The notes below the pieces were generated by a model, which had not been told where the DNA came from, did not search any database, and was given only the letters and a program-made list of their open reading frames with translations. DNA of 64,000 bases from Octopus bimaculoides (taxonomy: Eukaryota): contig NC_068985.1 of assembly GCF_001194135.2 (NCBI RefSeq), positions 115,871,558 through 115,935,557 on the forward strand, read 5' to 3'. Below, piece after piece: positions 1-14,050 of the stretch (its first letter is position 1; each line of letters begins with the position of its first letter). Both the position numbers and the translations under genes were made by a program.

Positions 1-276
1 TATATATATATAGACACACGCACATTAAGAGACCTTCACGAGCACACACCAATGCACCCGTATATTTGCACATATGAACATCACAATAAGAATGTTATCA
101 AATTCATACTGTATACTACGCAAAATCTACTAATCATAACACGATATTACAGATGATTGATATACATGCATACAAATACATACATTTCATACTGAAGCAT
201 TTATATCATATACTCAACAATAATGCATATATATCGGCGTGTTTATGTGTATCTATGCGTGTATATATACAGAAAC

Positions 277-407
277 CTGAATTGTTTGAGGAAGACCAGC
301 CATTGCCCATGCGTACCAGTCTCTCAGTGTAGCGATGTTGTCCAATGGAAAGGTACAAGCCGCTTCAGCCTGGCACGAGTGATGTCGCAAATCATTTCTA
401 CAGCTTA
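277..407 (-). CDS. Candidate exon: SCRNDLRHHSCQAEAACTFPLDNIATLRDWYAWAMAGLPQTIQ
   Basis: GC-rich island matching an open frame. Acceptor TTTTACGTTACTCCAATTCAG|, weaker donor CAG|GTTTCT. A shorter plus-strand exon (273-352) is a competing reading. Confidence 0.4.
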
Positions 408-534
408 CTGAATTGGAGTAACGTAAAATAAAATGTTTTGCTGAAGAATACAGCAGACAGTCCGGTCCGGAAATGGAACTCACAACCACATGATTATAAT
501 CCCTTTTTTTCTAACCACTTGTTCGTGCACCTTC

Positions 535-579
<45 letters not shown>

Positions 580-765
580 GACATCCGCATATATGAGGTC
601 TATATATATATATAATAAGTACCATATGGGGTCGATGTAATTAACTTACTCCTCACTCGATATAGTTATACATTTGTGTTGACATATGCATATGTATAAA
701 TATATGTAAATACATACATATATTTACATATATGCATGAATATCTTCCAAAATGCAGAATTATAT

Positions 766-855
766 TGGTTTCAAATACCGTTCAAAGGCCAGACATCTCG
801 GGGGGGGGGGTGTATGTAAAGAACATCGACCCCAATCTTGAAATGGTACTTTTTC
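766..855 (-). mobile_element. SINE family A 3' fragment
   Basis: TTGGTTTCAAA..AAGGCCAG..G-run..ACATCGACCCCA..TGGTACTT. Confidence 0.55.
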
Positions 856-3800
856 CTTGTATAATGTAACTGTACTTGAAGATATGGCGTGTTGGAAAAT
901 ACTCTCTCTCTCAAAATGGTATGTGTTAAAACACCTGAAGTCATGGACAGGTGAGATAACCCACCTCAGTTACTATCGAAGTGTGACGGACATACATGTT
1001 TCACCATTTTTAGTCGCTTATCAACATTACGTGCTCGAACTGGGTCGGAGATGAATCACATCGCCAGTCTACGAATCGTAAGCACAGTGTGAAAACAATG
1101 AACCGGTACGCTCGGGCATGGAATAAGTTTAAATATCAAATAGAAGCAGCATTACTGTAATAAACATTATCAATCACATATACACAAATACACAAGCGTA
1201 TACTTTCAGTGTATGTAAAGCTACGCGCTTTCTGGATGCGATACTCTGAATTACCCTATGAACCGGCCACAACTATACCTATATGTATATGCATGTATGT
1301 ATATATATATATATATATATATATNNNNNNNNNNNNNNNNNNNNNNNNNNNNNNNNNNNNNNNNNNNNNNNNNNNNNNNNNNNNNNNNNNNNNNNNNNNN
1401 NNNNNNNNNNNNNNNNNNNNNNNNNNNNNNNNNNNNNNNNNNNNNNNNNNNNNNNNNNNNNNNNNNNNNNNNNNNNNNNNNNATATATATAGTTCAAAAA
1501 CTACTTACAGGGAATGAGTTTTGATTACTGAAATTAGTTCTGTAGTAGAGAAATTGCCAGCATTAAATTATGAAGATGAAGTCAACAACACGGAGATTCA
1601 TTTCAACAACTCCGTATACCATACCTAATAAAGGCCCTTCTTAATAAAGGTATTCTTTAGTTTTAAGTCGAATTTTCAAAAATCTATTATTCATCGAAGA
1701 AGTCGAACATGTCATAAAGAGCCTTCATCATACATAAGAAAACAAATGGTGCCAGAGTTAATAATGTGAGAATCAACATATTTTCTTGGAGGACAAACGT
1801 CATGATACGCTTCCATTTTACAAGTGAAGAAAAGCAAAATTAAGATATACACATCTATTTAAAGGTAAATGTATTGAATAAATTACTACATCTTTCCAAG
1901 TTAACTGGCATTCATTACTATTTATATGTCCATTACATATGTTAAAACCTTTTCCATATTTTAGAAAATATTCTATCATTTTGATAAAAGTGACTTAGAT
2001 CGGCTCGAGATTGTATGACGCAAAAGTCTTCACTAAAGTAGTTTAATTAAACCATTCCTTCAAAACTTCCAGTTTAGCTAAATTCTTCATTATTTATAAT
2101 ATTCAATTTCAAGAAGTCAATATATTTCATCAATAATGATACTCCGTAACCGTTTAGCCACGTGCCTTCACATTCGACAGGAATATGGTGAAATAAAAGG
2201 TTGAATGTAATCATTGGCTTTTGAATGTCAGCTGAATATTTTATTTATGTTCTTAATTTTATATAAATTTCATTCAAAATATCATTTGTTTTAATCTTCA
2301 ATCTAAAACATGGGGCGAAAGTTCTGATTTTGTCTGAGTGAATTCTCATATATTTTTTTATTTATTTTTAAACTGACACGAAACAAACTTTGGCTTTTCG
2401 ACAGAGATGAGACCTGTCTACGTGGTATAATAATTCCTCAGTACAACAGATGTCGATTTTATCTGATCAAAAAAAAAACAAAAAAAAACTTAATATTTTC
2501 AATAAGCCACTCCGATGAGAAATATTTAAATGTTACATTAATATATTTTCAATATAACATTGCGACACTTGCATCACAGAGATTAGTAATCCTCTTTAAA
2601 ACCTGAAAATATTCAGCTCTAAGCAGTTACATAATCTCTACAAAGCTGTTCTAACGCCTACATTCGAATAACGTTGACATTAACTATCGACTTTATTAAA
2701 GATATACAACAACCTAAAAATCCAGTTGGTGAACTCTAAGTGGATAGTCATACTAGAAATATATATTGGATAATGTCCTTCCACCTTCTCTGCAAAATAC
2801 AAAGGTAAAAAAGAAAATTATCAGGTGATGATGACTTAGGATGTATATTATAATAGATTTACTAGATCAATACTGATCAGAAACTAATCAACAGCAACAA
2901 TCTCAACAATTTGCTGCAATCTGTAATGCATCAACGGCATACCAAGTCTCACAACACTCCATTACGAACGATACCACTCTTTATTTCTTGAAAAGCTTTC
3001 CACATATTAACGTAATTCACATGCAATCTAGAGACAATACAACCTAGGACAACTAACCCAGAAACATATAATGAATGTAACACAATGTTATCACATTTAG
3101 CGCCATAAAACCACGATCACTATGTACATCATAGGAATATGGTTCTACTATTACAAACCCTAACGGCGTACACACATACAATTATAACTCTCAGAAGTAA
3201 TACGGCTGCTGAGTTTACCAATATTTCATAATCGTTCCTGGCGATCACATATTCATAACATATCAGAAGCGATGTAGCAATGATTTGTGTTTATTCATCA
3301 TAGCTAGGTAATATTCTTATCTTCGAATGATTACAAATCACACGGAAAATCATATTGGAACATATTTTTCAACAGTAGTAGTACACAAGTACGACTTTGC
3401 ATATTAGTCTATTTGAAAATTTCTATAATAAAAGCATGTCTGGTTCTGGTTGGCACATGTTCCTTCTCCAGCGCACTGCATCTATTAGTTCATAGGCACC
3501 TTCCCTCATCCATCAGTCAAAACTAAGCGTGGGCAACATTTTTCGAGAAACGGGCCCCATGACATATGGATTAACGTTAGGCCAGCTACAATCAAAATTC
3601 AAGGCAACTTCTGTCGGCATACCATAATTTCTATCGGCATGCCATAAGTTTTTTGTTGGCATACCAGCGTATGACAAGTCTATACAATTGATTTTTTCCA
3701 TGCACACTGCATCCATCTCTTCGCCTCTGACTGATTTATTATGTCTTGTCCTTCAGATCTTCAAAGCGTTTTGCTTAATCTTTTGTTCACAGAACATCAT

Positions 3801-3992
3801 CTTTCTTCCCAGCATTCCTTCCCGCCAACAAATTCTTTGCAGTTTCCTGCAGGAAAGGTTTATACTCAACAGTAATCATGCAAAAGTCACCCTCTGTGAG
3901 ATGATGACTGTGATTTCTGCCATTATAACCGAACAGTTTAAAGGACGTTCATGAGATATTTTACTATTACACAAAAAAATCATCCTAAATAT

Positions 3993-4208
3993 CGATTTCA
4001 AAATTTGGCAGAAGACCAGTAAGTTTGGGGTGGGGGAGTGGATCGATTACAGCGAAACCCAGTACTGAACTGATATTTATTTTATCGACTTCGAAAGGAT
4101 GGAAGTCAACTTCGACTCCGGCGGAATTTTAACTCAGAACATAAAGACAGACAAAATGTCGCTCAGCATTTTGCCCGAAATACTAACAAATCTGCCAACT
4201 CACAGCCT
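3993..4208 (-). mobile_element. SINE family A, diverged
   Basis: Reverse complement of the family A consensus (GGCGGAATTTTAACTCAGAAC...CTAACAAATCTGCCAACTC). Confidence 0.8.
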
Positions 4209-4973
4209 TAATCACCCTAAATATTGCCGATTATTATCTCGACAATCATTTATACAGGCACTCTTTTATCTTTATCAAAGTTATGTTGTATTGCAGCTGG
4301 TGCAAAATCTCTGAAGATTCTGCTGGCTGTCTAGTTACACTAACAAGTCCCTTAATGTTATAATATTTACATACACCAAAATCCTTTCCCAGAAATTGGT
4401 ACCCAGGTTCTTTAAAACCCTCATATGGTTCCGGTATTTTTTTCAGATATGTTTCCTCTGATATCTACCCTGAACAACAGCTGCATCAATCTCATCAACT
4501 TGAGAAAATCTTCTTTAATTACCACTAGAAATATAAAGGCCGACAAGAAGCGGTGCAGCGTCCTAGGGATAAATAGCTGTAGTATGATTCCCTTATTGGG
4601 ACTGTGACGTTACGTTGACAGTATACAACTGCTTTATCGTATCACTACTGCTTAAGTCTCTCTGAGAGATTTAGAAATGCATCATTTCTCATGTTCTTCA
4701 TTTAGGTTTAATGTATTTGATGTAAGACTTTAAACTCTTTAATCAGTTTCAACTCCAAAGGTGCGGTCATGCTGGAGTACAGCTAGCTTACAACCTACCT
4801 AACGACCTATGTAGTAATCTATCTATCTATCTATCTATTTGGTTGTCTCTCTGTACACTTGCTGCGCTCTCTCTCACTCTTCCCTCTTTCTCTCCCTCGC
4901 CCTCTCCTCTTTCTCTCTTTATATATGTGTATACATGCATACATATAACTATGTATATATATATGGGTGTCAC

Positions 4974-5038
<65 letters not shown>

Positions 5039-5703
5039 TGTGTGTGTATGTATGTATATATAACTAACGAACGAACGAACGCTCTGTCTACACATTTACT
5101 ATACATAGATGAATCATCAATATATCTGTTCTTCAGCGCATCGACCTCTATCACTCGGCTACGCCACTCAAAAACACATTTTTAATGGCTCCCTAATCCC
5201 TCATTGCAGCTATCTCAAACATGTCCGACACTGTTTCATGTCTACTAGACAATCTATCTATCTATGTCTTTATAATCTCTTATATAGTTTATTTTAGGTC
5301 TTTTTGCATCACATTCACTTCTGCCTTGCATTTATCTCTTGTTTCAAGCGTCAACGTCACCATCTTTAAATATAACCCTTGTTCTAACTCTATTTCTTTC
5401 TATCTCTTATTCCCTTTTACTCTCTCGCCTCTCTTTCACTTTCTCTTTCTTTCTCTCTCTCTCTCTCTCTTTCTCAATCTATATGTCTAAATATGTATCT
5501 ATCAAATTTCTTAATATTTCGAGCAAAACCTTCGTTTGTTCGCAAGAGTTTTCAGAGGATACATCGATAGAGTAGCGTGTAACATGGAGACACACACACA
5601 AACAGATACACAGAGACACACACACACACACAAGGATAATGTAAATATGGATTAAGCGATTATACAAACACAGACTCACACAAGTGTCTGCAGTCATACA
5701 TAC

Positions 5704-5761
<58 letters not shown>

Positions 5762-5868
5762 ACATATATANNNNNNNNNNNNNNNNNNNNNNNNNNNNNN
5801 NNNNNNNNNNNNNNNNNNNNNNNNTATATATATATATACAATGAGATAGAGAAAGAAATATAGATAGG

Positions 5869-5900
<32 letters not shown>

Positions 5901-6045
5901 AACAGAAAGATAGAGCAATATATATAGCTGTATACTGGTAAACATATACGCATATATACATCTGTATAGTCATTCATATGTATGCATAAACATATAAATA
6001 CGTACCTATATGCATGCTCACAAACACACAGCTACACCCAAACAT

Positions 6046-6078
<33 letters not shown>

Positions 6079-7145
6079 CATACGCACATACATATGAGCA
6101 TACATACATACATGCATACATACATGCATACATACATGCATACATACATATATACGTACGTACGTACATACAAACATACATACATACATACATACATAAA
6201 GGAACTACAGATTTCAGTCCTAATAATCTATCATTGGGATCTATCTGTTTTCCTTCATATCAATTTCTTTTACAGACGTCACCTCCCCCATGTATTATTC
6301 TAGCCACATTCTCTTCTCTTCTTAACCCCATTTTTTTTATTCATTGCAACTGATATACTGTAACATTGTTTTTTTTTATTTACTTATTTTTGCAACAGAA
6401 CCTATTTTATCTTTTCTCCTGACTGATTCTTTTCTTCGGATACTCTTGTTTTTACAGTTGCTCCTCCTCCAATCCACTATCTGCGTATACATACACATTA
6501 ATCATTTAATCACAGCTGTGTATGAATGTATATATATNNNNNNNNNNNNNNNNNNNNNNNNATATATATATATATATATATATATACAAATATATATACG
6601 TATACATATACTTATATATTTGTTCAGATGCCGATTTTAGACACACACGTTACATATTTTATAAATAAATGCATATGCATGCATACAGTTATACAGATAT
6701 ATATATGTGTGTGTGTGTGTGTATGTATGTGTGCGTATATATGTTATGTATATATGTTATGTATGTATGTACACACACACACACACATACATATATATTG
6801 ATATATAGAGTGAAATCGTTTTATACGTATATATTTATCCATATATATACGATGGGTGTGCATAGGAACTGACATAAGCATATATAGTGATATGCATACA
6901 CATACACACACATACACACACACATACGTTTATTGAAATTTCTTCATATAGATATGTATATATATGTATTTCCTTATGACTGCATTTAGGCGTCTATAGA
7001 AACATAAATGCTACTTCATATAACATTCGTATAACATGTTTAATTCACTTCATGCGTCTTCACAATGGTGCTTTTGTTTTTTGCAGTTTTGCTTCATAAC
7101 TTTATATCTTTCACATAAAAATAGGCGATGTGTTGGAGTGCGATG

Positions 7146-7248
7146 GTTTGTTGTTGTTGTTGTTGCTCTTCTTCTTCTTCTTCTTCTTCTTCTTCTTCTT
7201 CTTCTTCTTCTTCTTCTTCTTCTTCTTCTTCTTCTTCTTCTTCTTGTA

Positions 7249-7286
<38 letters not shown>

Positions 7287-7346
7287 TACTACTACTACTA
7301 CTAACTACTACTGCTGCTGCTGCTGCTGCTGCTACTGCCACTACTA

Positions 7347-7422
<76 letters not shown>
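7146..7422. repeat. Compound trinucleotide microsatellite (GTT)(CTT)(ATT)(ACT)(GCT)
   Basis: Directly visible. Confidence 0.97.
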
Positions 7423-7563
7423 AGCTCACTTTCTTCGTATTATTTTTTTTCTTACACTTCCGTCTGTTGCTTCATATATACGTTTTTATTCCGTATCTGC
7501 TTCGCCTGAGCTTTGGCAATGCTTTGTTGAATTTTCTTTTCTATTATCTTCAATTTATCATGA

Positions 7564-7596
<33 letters not shown>

Positions 7597-7874
7597 ACCT
7601 TTAAAATTGAAATGTGAGAAAAACATTCAAGTGAAATGGGAAATAGACCAAAATATAGATAGAATTATATTCAGACAAACAAAAAAACGAAAAAGAAAAG
7701 AGATAACAATTGAAAAGTCTGTACATGCATTTATATGTATGTATTTGTGAATGGCAAATTTAATGTCTGCCTATATTCAGGGAGTTAGGCAGGAGTGAAT
7801 ATCATGACTCATTTCATACACTTCATGACTAAGACTCTGTTTTATGTATGTATACTATGTGTTTATATGTGTGC

Positions 7875-7914
<40 letters not shown>

Positions 7915-8101
7915 GTATGTGTGTGTGAATACACACCGACAAACACATACATAGATATATATACATATATATATAGATACAAATATTTATATATACATGT
8001 GTATATATATGTATGTATATATATATGCGTATATATATATTTACACACACACACACACACGCACACAGACACACACACGCACACACACACACACACACGC
8101 A

Positions 8102-8144
<43 letters not shown>

Positions 8145-8729
8145 TTGCCTCCCTTCTCCTCTACATGTTTGTTCCCACGTGACTACAAGCCATATTTCTC
8201 ACCTCTGACTTTTGTGGATGCAAGGCGTACTTAGTTCGACCTAATTTTCTATCGTCTCCCTACATTTCTTCCCTTGTTTCTCTTCTACTATTTTCTTGTC
8301 TTGGACTTATTCTATATCTTTCAAAATTTCTCTCAGGCGTTACCCATTACAATGCATCTTGGCCCAACGGCCCTTCATGTGTGTTTTCATCGAGTGTTTA
8401 CTCCGAACGTCCACTCTGTCGTTGTTTGTTCGTTCCAAGTTCTAACTCTCCAGAAATATATTTTAAATTTTTTCTGGAAATTGCTGCTTATGAAGTTTTC
8501 CTGTATTGTCGTTAAAAGCTCGAAATGGGTAGTAATTAAGAGTCGACAACTGATGAGGATTTAGACTACCTTTGATAATTTGTCCCGTACTTGTCTCGCA
8601 TGGTTATATCCTGTTCTTAACGTATATCTTTTAGTAATTTGTCCTGTACTTATCACTCGTGTGTCTACGTAGTTTTCATTCGTTGGTGATGTCCTGTACT
8701 TGATGTGTCTCATAAACACACACACACAT

Positions 8730-8955
8730 CGAGCTGGCAGAAACGTTAGCACGCCGGGCGAAATGCTTAGCGGTATTTCGTCTGCCGTTACGTTCTTAGT
8801 TCGAATTCCGCCGAGGTCGACTTTGCCTTTGATCCTTTCGGGGTCGATTAAATAAGAACCAATTACTCACTGGGGTCGATATAATCGACTTAATCCGTCT
8901 GTCTGTCCTTGTTTGTCCCCTCTGTGTGTAGCCCCTTGTGGGTAGTAAAGAAATA
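8730..8955 (+). mobile_element. tRNA-derived SINE family A, near full length
   Basis: A-box-like TGGCAGAAACGTTAG, B-box GTTCGAATTCC, core GTCGACTTTGCC..GGGGTCGAT and tail CCCCTTGTGGG..TAAAGAAATA. High identity to 15822 and 60577. Confidence 0.9.
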
Positions 8956-9036
8956 ACACACACACACACACACACANNNNNNNNNNNNNNNNNNNNNNNN
9001 NNNNNNNNNNNNNNNNNNNNNNNNNNNNNNNNNNNN

Positions 9037-9119
<83 letters not shown>

Positions 9120-9152
9120 ACAGACATATATAGATATATGTATGCATGTATA

Positions 9153-9525
9153 TTTTACATGTTTCAGTCGCTGGTACGCGACTACGATGCGGCACCAGGT
9201 TTTACGTATATTTTCAGTCCAACAAATTATTTGTTCGACCTATTTGTTAAATCTGGTATGTATTTTACAAATTTGAGAAAACACTAAGTTACTGGGTGAT
9301 AAGCAAATCAAGACCTGCACTAGGATGAAGTGTAGGTACAAAAACAGACCAAAGACACATAGCTATACACCCCCACAAATACATATATACACGACGGATT
9401 TCCACGATATGTTTCCGTGGGTGAAATCCGCTGAAAAGGCCTAATTCGACCCAGATCTGGAGTAAAAGACCTTTGTATACACTGCCTCGGAATTAAACTG
9501 AACCCGAAACCATTTCGTTTAACTT
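9153..9525 (-). mobile_element. SINE family B, diverged
   Basis: Reverse of family B, including the 3' tail (GACTGAAACATGTAAAA). Confidence 0.65.
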
Positions 9526-9719
9526 ATACACATTGTAACAACTGCATCGTGGATACACAATCGACGTCACACGGACATACCACTTTATAGCACCATTCAC
9601 TTGCGTGCAAAGTCTCAATAAATTAGCACGTATATTTACATACAAACCCCGATACTCATCAACATACACACACCTCTACTACATCCCTAGGGACTGCACA
9701 GTTATTTGTAAATAATTAG

Positions 9720-9982
9720 GCAAGGTAAAGGCACATTTTTTTCTTCTCGAGTTATGCCAACTCATAAGGGCCGGTTTTTCGGTTTCCATGGCGTGTGTAT
9801 ATTTCCCACCTGAACGTGACGCCGGTCCGTCGCAGGATTACTCAGTTTTGCCACCTGAGTGGGCTGTAGCAAAGTGAAGTGAAGTGTTTTGCTAAACAAC
9901 TCAACGCGTAGCGCCGTCCAGGAATCGAAATAATAATCTTGCCATCATGAGTCCAACACCCTGACCACTAGTCCACGCAACT
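9720..9982 (-). mobile_element. tRNA-derived SINE family C, near full length
   Basis: Minus strand: GCGTGGACTAGTGGTCAGGGTGTTGGACTC (A box), TTTCGATTCCTGG (B box), AGCAAAACACTTCAC and CCTGCGACGGACCGGCGTC..CCATGGAAACCGG (Meta/MESC-like core, tentative). Confidence 0.75.
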
Positions 9983-10968
9983 GCACATTTGTAGATAATT
10001 ACGACAAGAAAAATGGTCAGATCTCCACATCTCATCTGCAATTCTTTTATCCAGTAACCATCTATTAATGGATATCTGCTAAAGAATTCAAGAATATTTG
10101 TCATCAAGTTTCAAAATATATTTCTCCTCTTTCACAAACAGACCGTCACTGCTTCCTTCGTGTCGGGAAATTATGGGAAACGATTTGGCACGAAGAAACG
10201 TGACAAAGAATTTGAAATATTTTACAACAATTACAAGAATAACGGTAGCACAGAAATGAACGAGACTGTCGTGAGAATAGGTTCTAGAGTGACACCACCA
10301 ACATTGGCAAGAAAAAGAAGAGGAAGAAGAACAAGAACAACAACAACAGCAACAACAATGATGACGACAGCAACAACAACTACTACAACTACTACAAAAA
10401 TAATAAAAGAAGAATAAATAGCATCGACGGAAGCAGAGTCATCGTTGTGAGGATCATCATCACCGCCTTCATCAGTGTTGTCGTCATCATAATAATAATA
10501 TCAATAATAATATTAATAAAGACCTGGAAATTGAAATATCGAAGATTTGGAGCACGAAAGTGAAAAAAAAACTCCAGTAATAACTGAAGCATTGACCCTG
10601 ATAAAAGAAAGAATATGAACACATACGTGGAAACTATAAATGGTTTCTCAATGCTGCGTATTATCCAAAAATAGCCTTGCAAGGAACAGCCTACGTCCTA
10701 CGTGAGACAATATCAATTCAAAAATACAACTTAAACAAAATACTCCACAAAAAAACAAGACACTCTATGCTGCAAATATTCAATGAAATAAACTGCAGCC
10801 AGCAGACCGTGAACCCAAAGCATTACATACACAACACACAATACAAAACACTAAAACAACAAAAGACTGCATCACATCCCCCCCGCTAAAAAAAAAAAAC
10901 TGATGCAATACAATACAGAGAAGAGTCTCTACACACCCATCAACAAAAAAGAACAATGCTGCTCACAC

Positions 10969-11012
10969 CTTAGGAACACGGATGTGAACCATGTGATGCA
11001 GTGAAAATTTGT
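10969..11012 (-). CDS. Candidate small exon: (D)KFSLHHMVHIRVPK
   Basis: Acceptor CATTTGTTACTTTCAG|, donor AAG|GTGTGA. 44 nt. Confidence 0.3.
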
Positions 11013-11029
11013 CTGAAAGTAACAAATGG

Positions 11030-11088
<59 letters not shown>

Positions 11089-11226
11089 TGGGTACTGCAC
11101 ACATTCTACGCAAAACACTTTCAATACAGTAAACATAAGAGCACCACAGCAAACCACAGCACATACCCAAGGCGCACAGAGATGCGCTCGGTAGTGAAGT
11201 GAAAGCACGTTATAAAAATAAAACTA

Positions 11227-11230
<4 letters not shown>

Positions 11231-11292
<62 letters not shown>

Positions 11293-11315
11293 CATGATGA
11301 TGGTGATGATGATGG

Positions 11316-11362
<47 letters not shown>

Positions 11363-11400
11363 ATGATGATCATGATGATAATGATGATAATAATAATAAT

Positions 11401-11463
<63 letters not shown>

Positions 11464-11464
11464 G

Positions 11465-11516
<52 letters not shown>

Positions 11517-11524
11517 TAATAATG

Positions 11525-11574
<50 letters not shown>

Positions 11575-11575
11575 G
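11231..11575. repeat. (TAA)n/(TGA)n compound microsatellite
   Basis: Directly visible. Confidence 0.97.
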
Positions 11576-12172
11576 AATACACCAAGGACGTTTAACACGT
11601 AAGAACGATAAAACACCTCTCCAAAATCTATCTAAAATTACCAGGAATGAAGATAAGAAAAGGCACCTTAAATAACTGATAAAGTTTTGGACAACATCCC
11701 AGTAAGTTATAGCCATTAGAATTTATTTCTATTTTCCAAATGAAGTGATGTAGTTTAACTGTGTACCATCTCTGTTACACAAGGCGTGTAACCACCTTCT
11801 CCCCATTACCGCTTAAATCAGCATCAGACCGTTTACATCCCCAACCAACCTACACAAAAAATATACAATAATATACAATACCGGCATTATTCAACCCAAG
11901 AATAACAAACGGGAAGTAAATGCTGTAAACTTTTTACACAAAAAGTACGAAAATCTGCACGTGCAAGACCATTTAACACCAGAAATGAACGAACCGGTAA
12001 CTTACGAAAACGATGACTATCGAAATAAAGGGCCAGCCGTTATTCCTCACGTCCCGCAATTAAAAACAAAAAAAGGATAAATGGATACGCGAGGAAAATA
12101 TTTCAATCTTACACACTTATTTTACAGCAGTGCTCTACCCACAGAGAGAAAATGCAACAATATCTATACATA

Positions 12173-12330
12173 GGCGCAGGGGTGGATGTGCTTACCACCC
12201 ACATGATTTAGGGTTCAGTCGCACTGAGTGGCACCTTAGGTAAGTGTCTTCTACTATAGCCTCGGGCCGGCAAGAGCTCTGTGAGCGGATTTGGTAGACG
12301 GAAACTGAAAGAAGTCCGTTGTACGTGTTT

Positions 12331-12379
<49 letters not shown>

Positions 12380-12545
12380 TGAGTGCGTGGGTGTGCGTGC
12401 ATGTTTGTCTGTCTGTGTTTGTCCCCCCCAACATCGCTTGACAACCAATGCTGGTGTGCTTACGTCTCCCTAACCTAGCGGTTCTGCAAAAGAAGCCGAT
12501 AGAATAAGTATTAAGCTTAGAAAGAATAAAACCTAGGGACATGTC
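12173..12545 (+). mobile_element. tRNA-derived SINE family B with internal (TG)n
   Basis: GGCGCAGGGGTGG..GGGTTCAGTCGCACTG..GTGTCTTCTACTATAGCCTCGGGCCG..GGAAACTGAAAGAAG..(TG)n..GTTTGTCCCCCCAACATCGCTTGACAACC. Confidence 0.85.
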
Positions 12546-12564
12546 GTTCTTAATTATCTGATAT

Positions 12565-12624
<60 letters not shown>

Positions 12625-13965
12625 GGAAAGAGAGTAATAAGTAGATATTCGCTTCTTGAAATTGGTTATCGAAGTACACAAGAAGTCCTAAATAACAACA
12701 AGTAAATACTGGGCTGAAAACAACCCAACCAATTTGCAGGGGCAGACCAAAGTGTGTGGGGCTGCGTAGCACGTGCACCCCATTCATAAAAGTAGTGCAC
12801 CCTTCTAGATAATGTTATGATGCGCTTTTCTTCTGGAATTGTATTCCCTTTTGATCTTGTGCCTTCCCTTCTAAAACTTCTTGGGACCGCGTCTGATTTG
12901 GATAGAAAAATTCGAAACAGCTTACGACATTTTCTGTCCAATAGGTTCTTTTAACCCAATGCTTACATGCTATCATTTATAGCCTTATGTGAAACACAAG
13001 TTCCACCCCCACCACACACATACACAAATATACATTAATGCATATTACCTCAAAATTTTCTAGAATTAATATGACGTCAAAAACTTATAAGGCTTCCAAT
13101 GCAGACGTTCAATCGGTTACCATCGTGAAACAGGTGTAAGAATAAATAAGTTTGTGGGTATCGTAATTTCGGTACACTTTATTATGTATGTATATATGTG
13201 TGCGTGCGTGTATGTATAGCAAACATTATATTTCCTAATAAGAGTAAAGTTTGGTTGGGCTACAATCGCACGAATCAGCGGTGACTAGAGTATTATCTTG
13301 TAAAATCATATTGAACTCTTTCCTTTACACTCAGTCGTAGGGACAGCCTTCATTGTGGATATACTCCCGTGAGAAAATTATCAGCATACACAGTATGTGC
13401 AAAATATACTGCACTGTGAACAACTCTATGAGATCAGATGACGCTGGCATCCCTGCGTCAAAGCGCGTTATCAGGTATGAATACCAGATTCGTCATCCAG
13501 AACCCGATAAACACGTCAGTTTTTATACATACAAACAACACAAGCTATATTTGCTGATTTGCGGAAATGTTTATCTAGCCGATTTTAATTTTCATGTTTT
13601 GTAATGTGTTTTTAATGTTCATTTATTGAGTAATGATATGTTAGAATCTTTATAACGTTGGCTAAAGTTTTTCTTTACGTCTTTTACGTTTTCTGTAGGG
13701 ATCTTTGCCTTTTCTTGTGGTCTTTTACGTTTCTCTTACTTCTGATTTCATATCTTGCTGAGTTTAACTTTTCCTTTCAACAAATCAAGTCTATAATATT
13801 AATTTACTAGTTCAGACCTGTGGCCTATAATATCTTCTGACTCCAGCCACAAAAATGACTCAAAATCAGAAGCTATTATTAGCGTTTGTTTACTTTACTG
13901 TGTCATATTTTTTTTCCTTCTGTTTTATGATATTTTATACTCATCATATATTCATCTATTCTATG

Positions 13966-13967
<2 letters not shown>

Positions 13968-14045
<78 letters not shown>
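13968..14045. repeat. (TA)n microsatellite
   Basis: Directly visible. Confidence 0.97.

Positions 14046-14050
<5 letters not shown>

Noticed and set aside
273-352. Plus-strand Cys-rich exon NLNCLRKTSHCPCVPVSQC
   Set aside because: The acceptor lies in a microsatellite, and the GC-rich island extends to 407, which fits the minus-strand exon better. Not excluded.
8730-8810. tRNA gene-like A/B boxes
   Set aside because: These are SINE heads with no complete cloverleaf; the same applies to other copies.
9150-9225. Minus-strand CTGAAAA...GAAACATGTA resembling an HHR
   Set aside because: Explained by the SINE B 3' tail; the core lacks CUGANGA.
11210-11716. Poly-Y/H/I/M ORFs
   Set aside because: Translation of (TAA)/(TGA) microsatellites.
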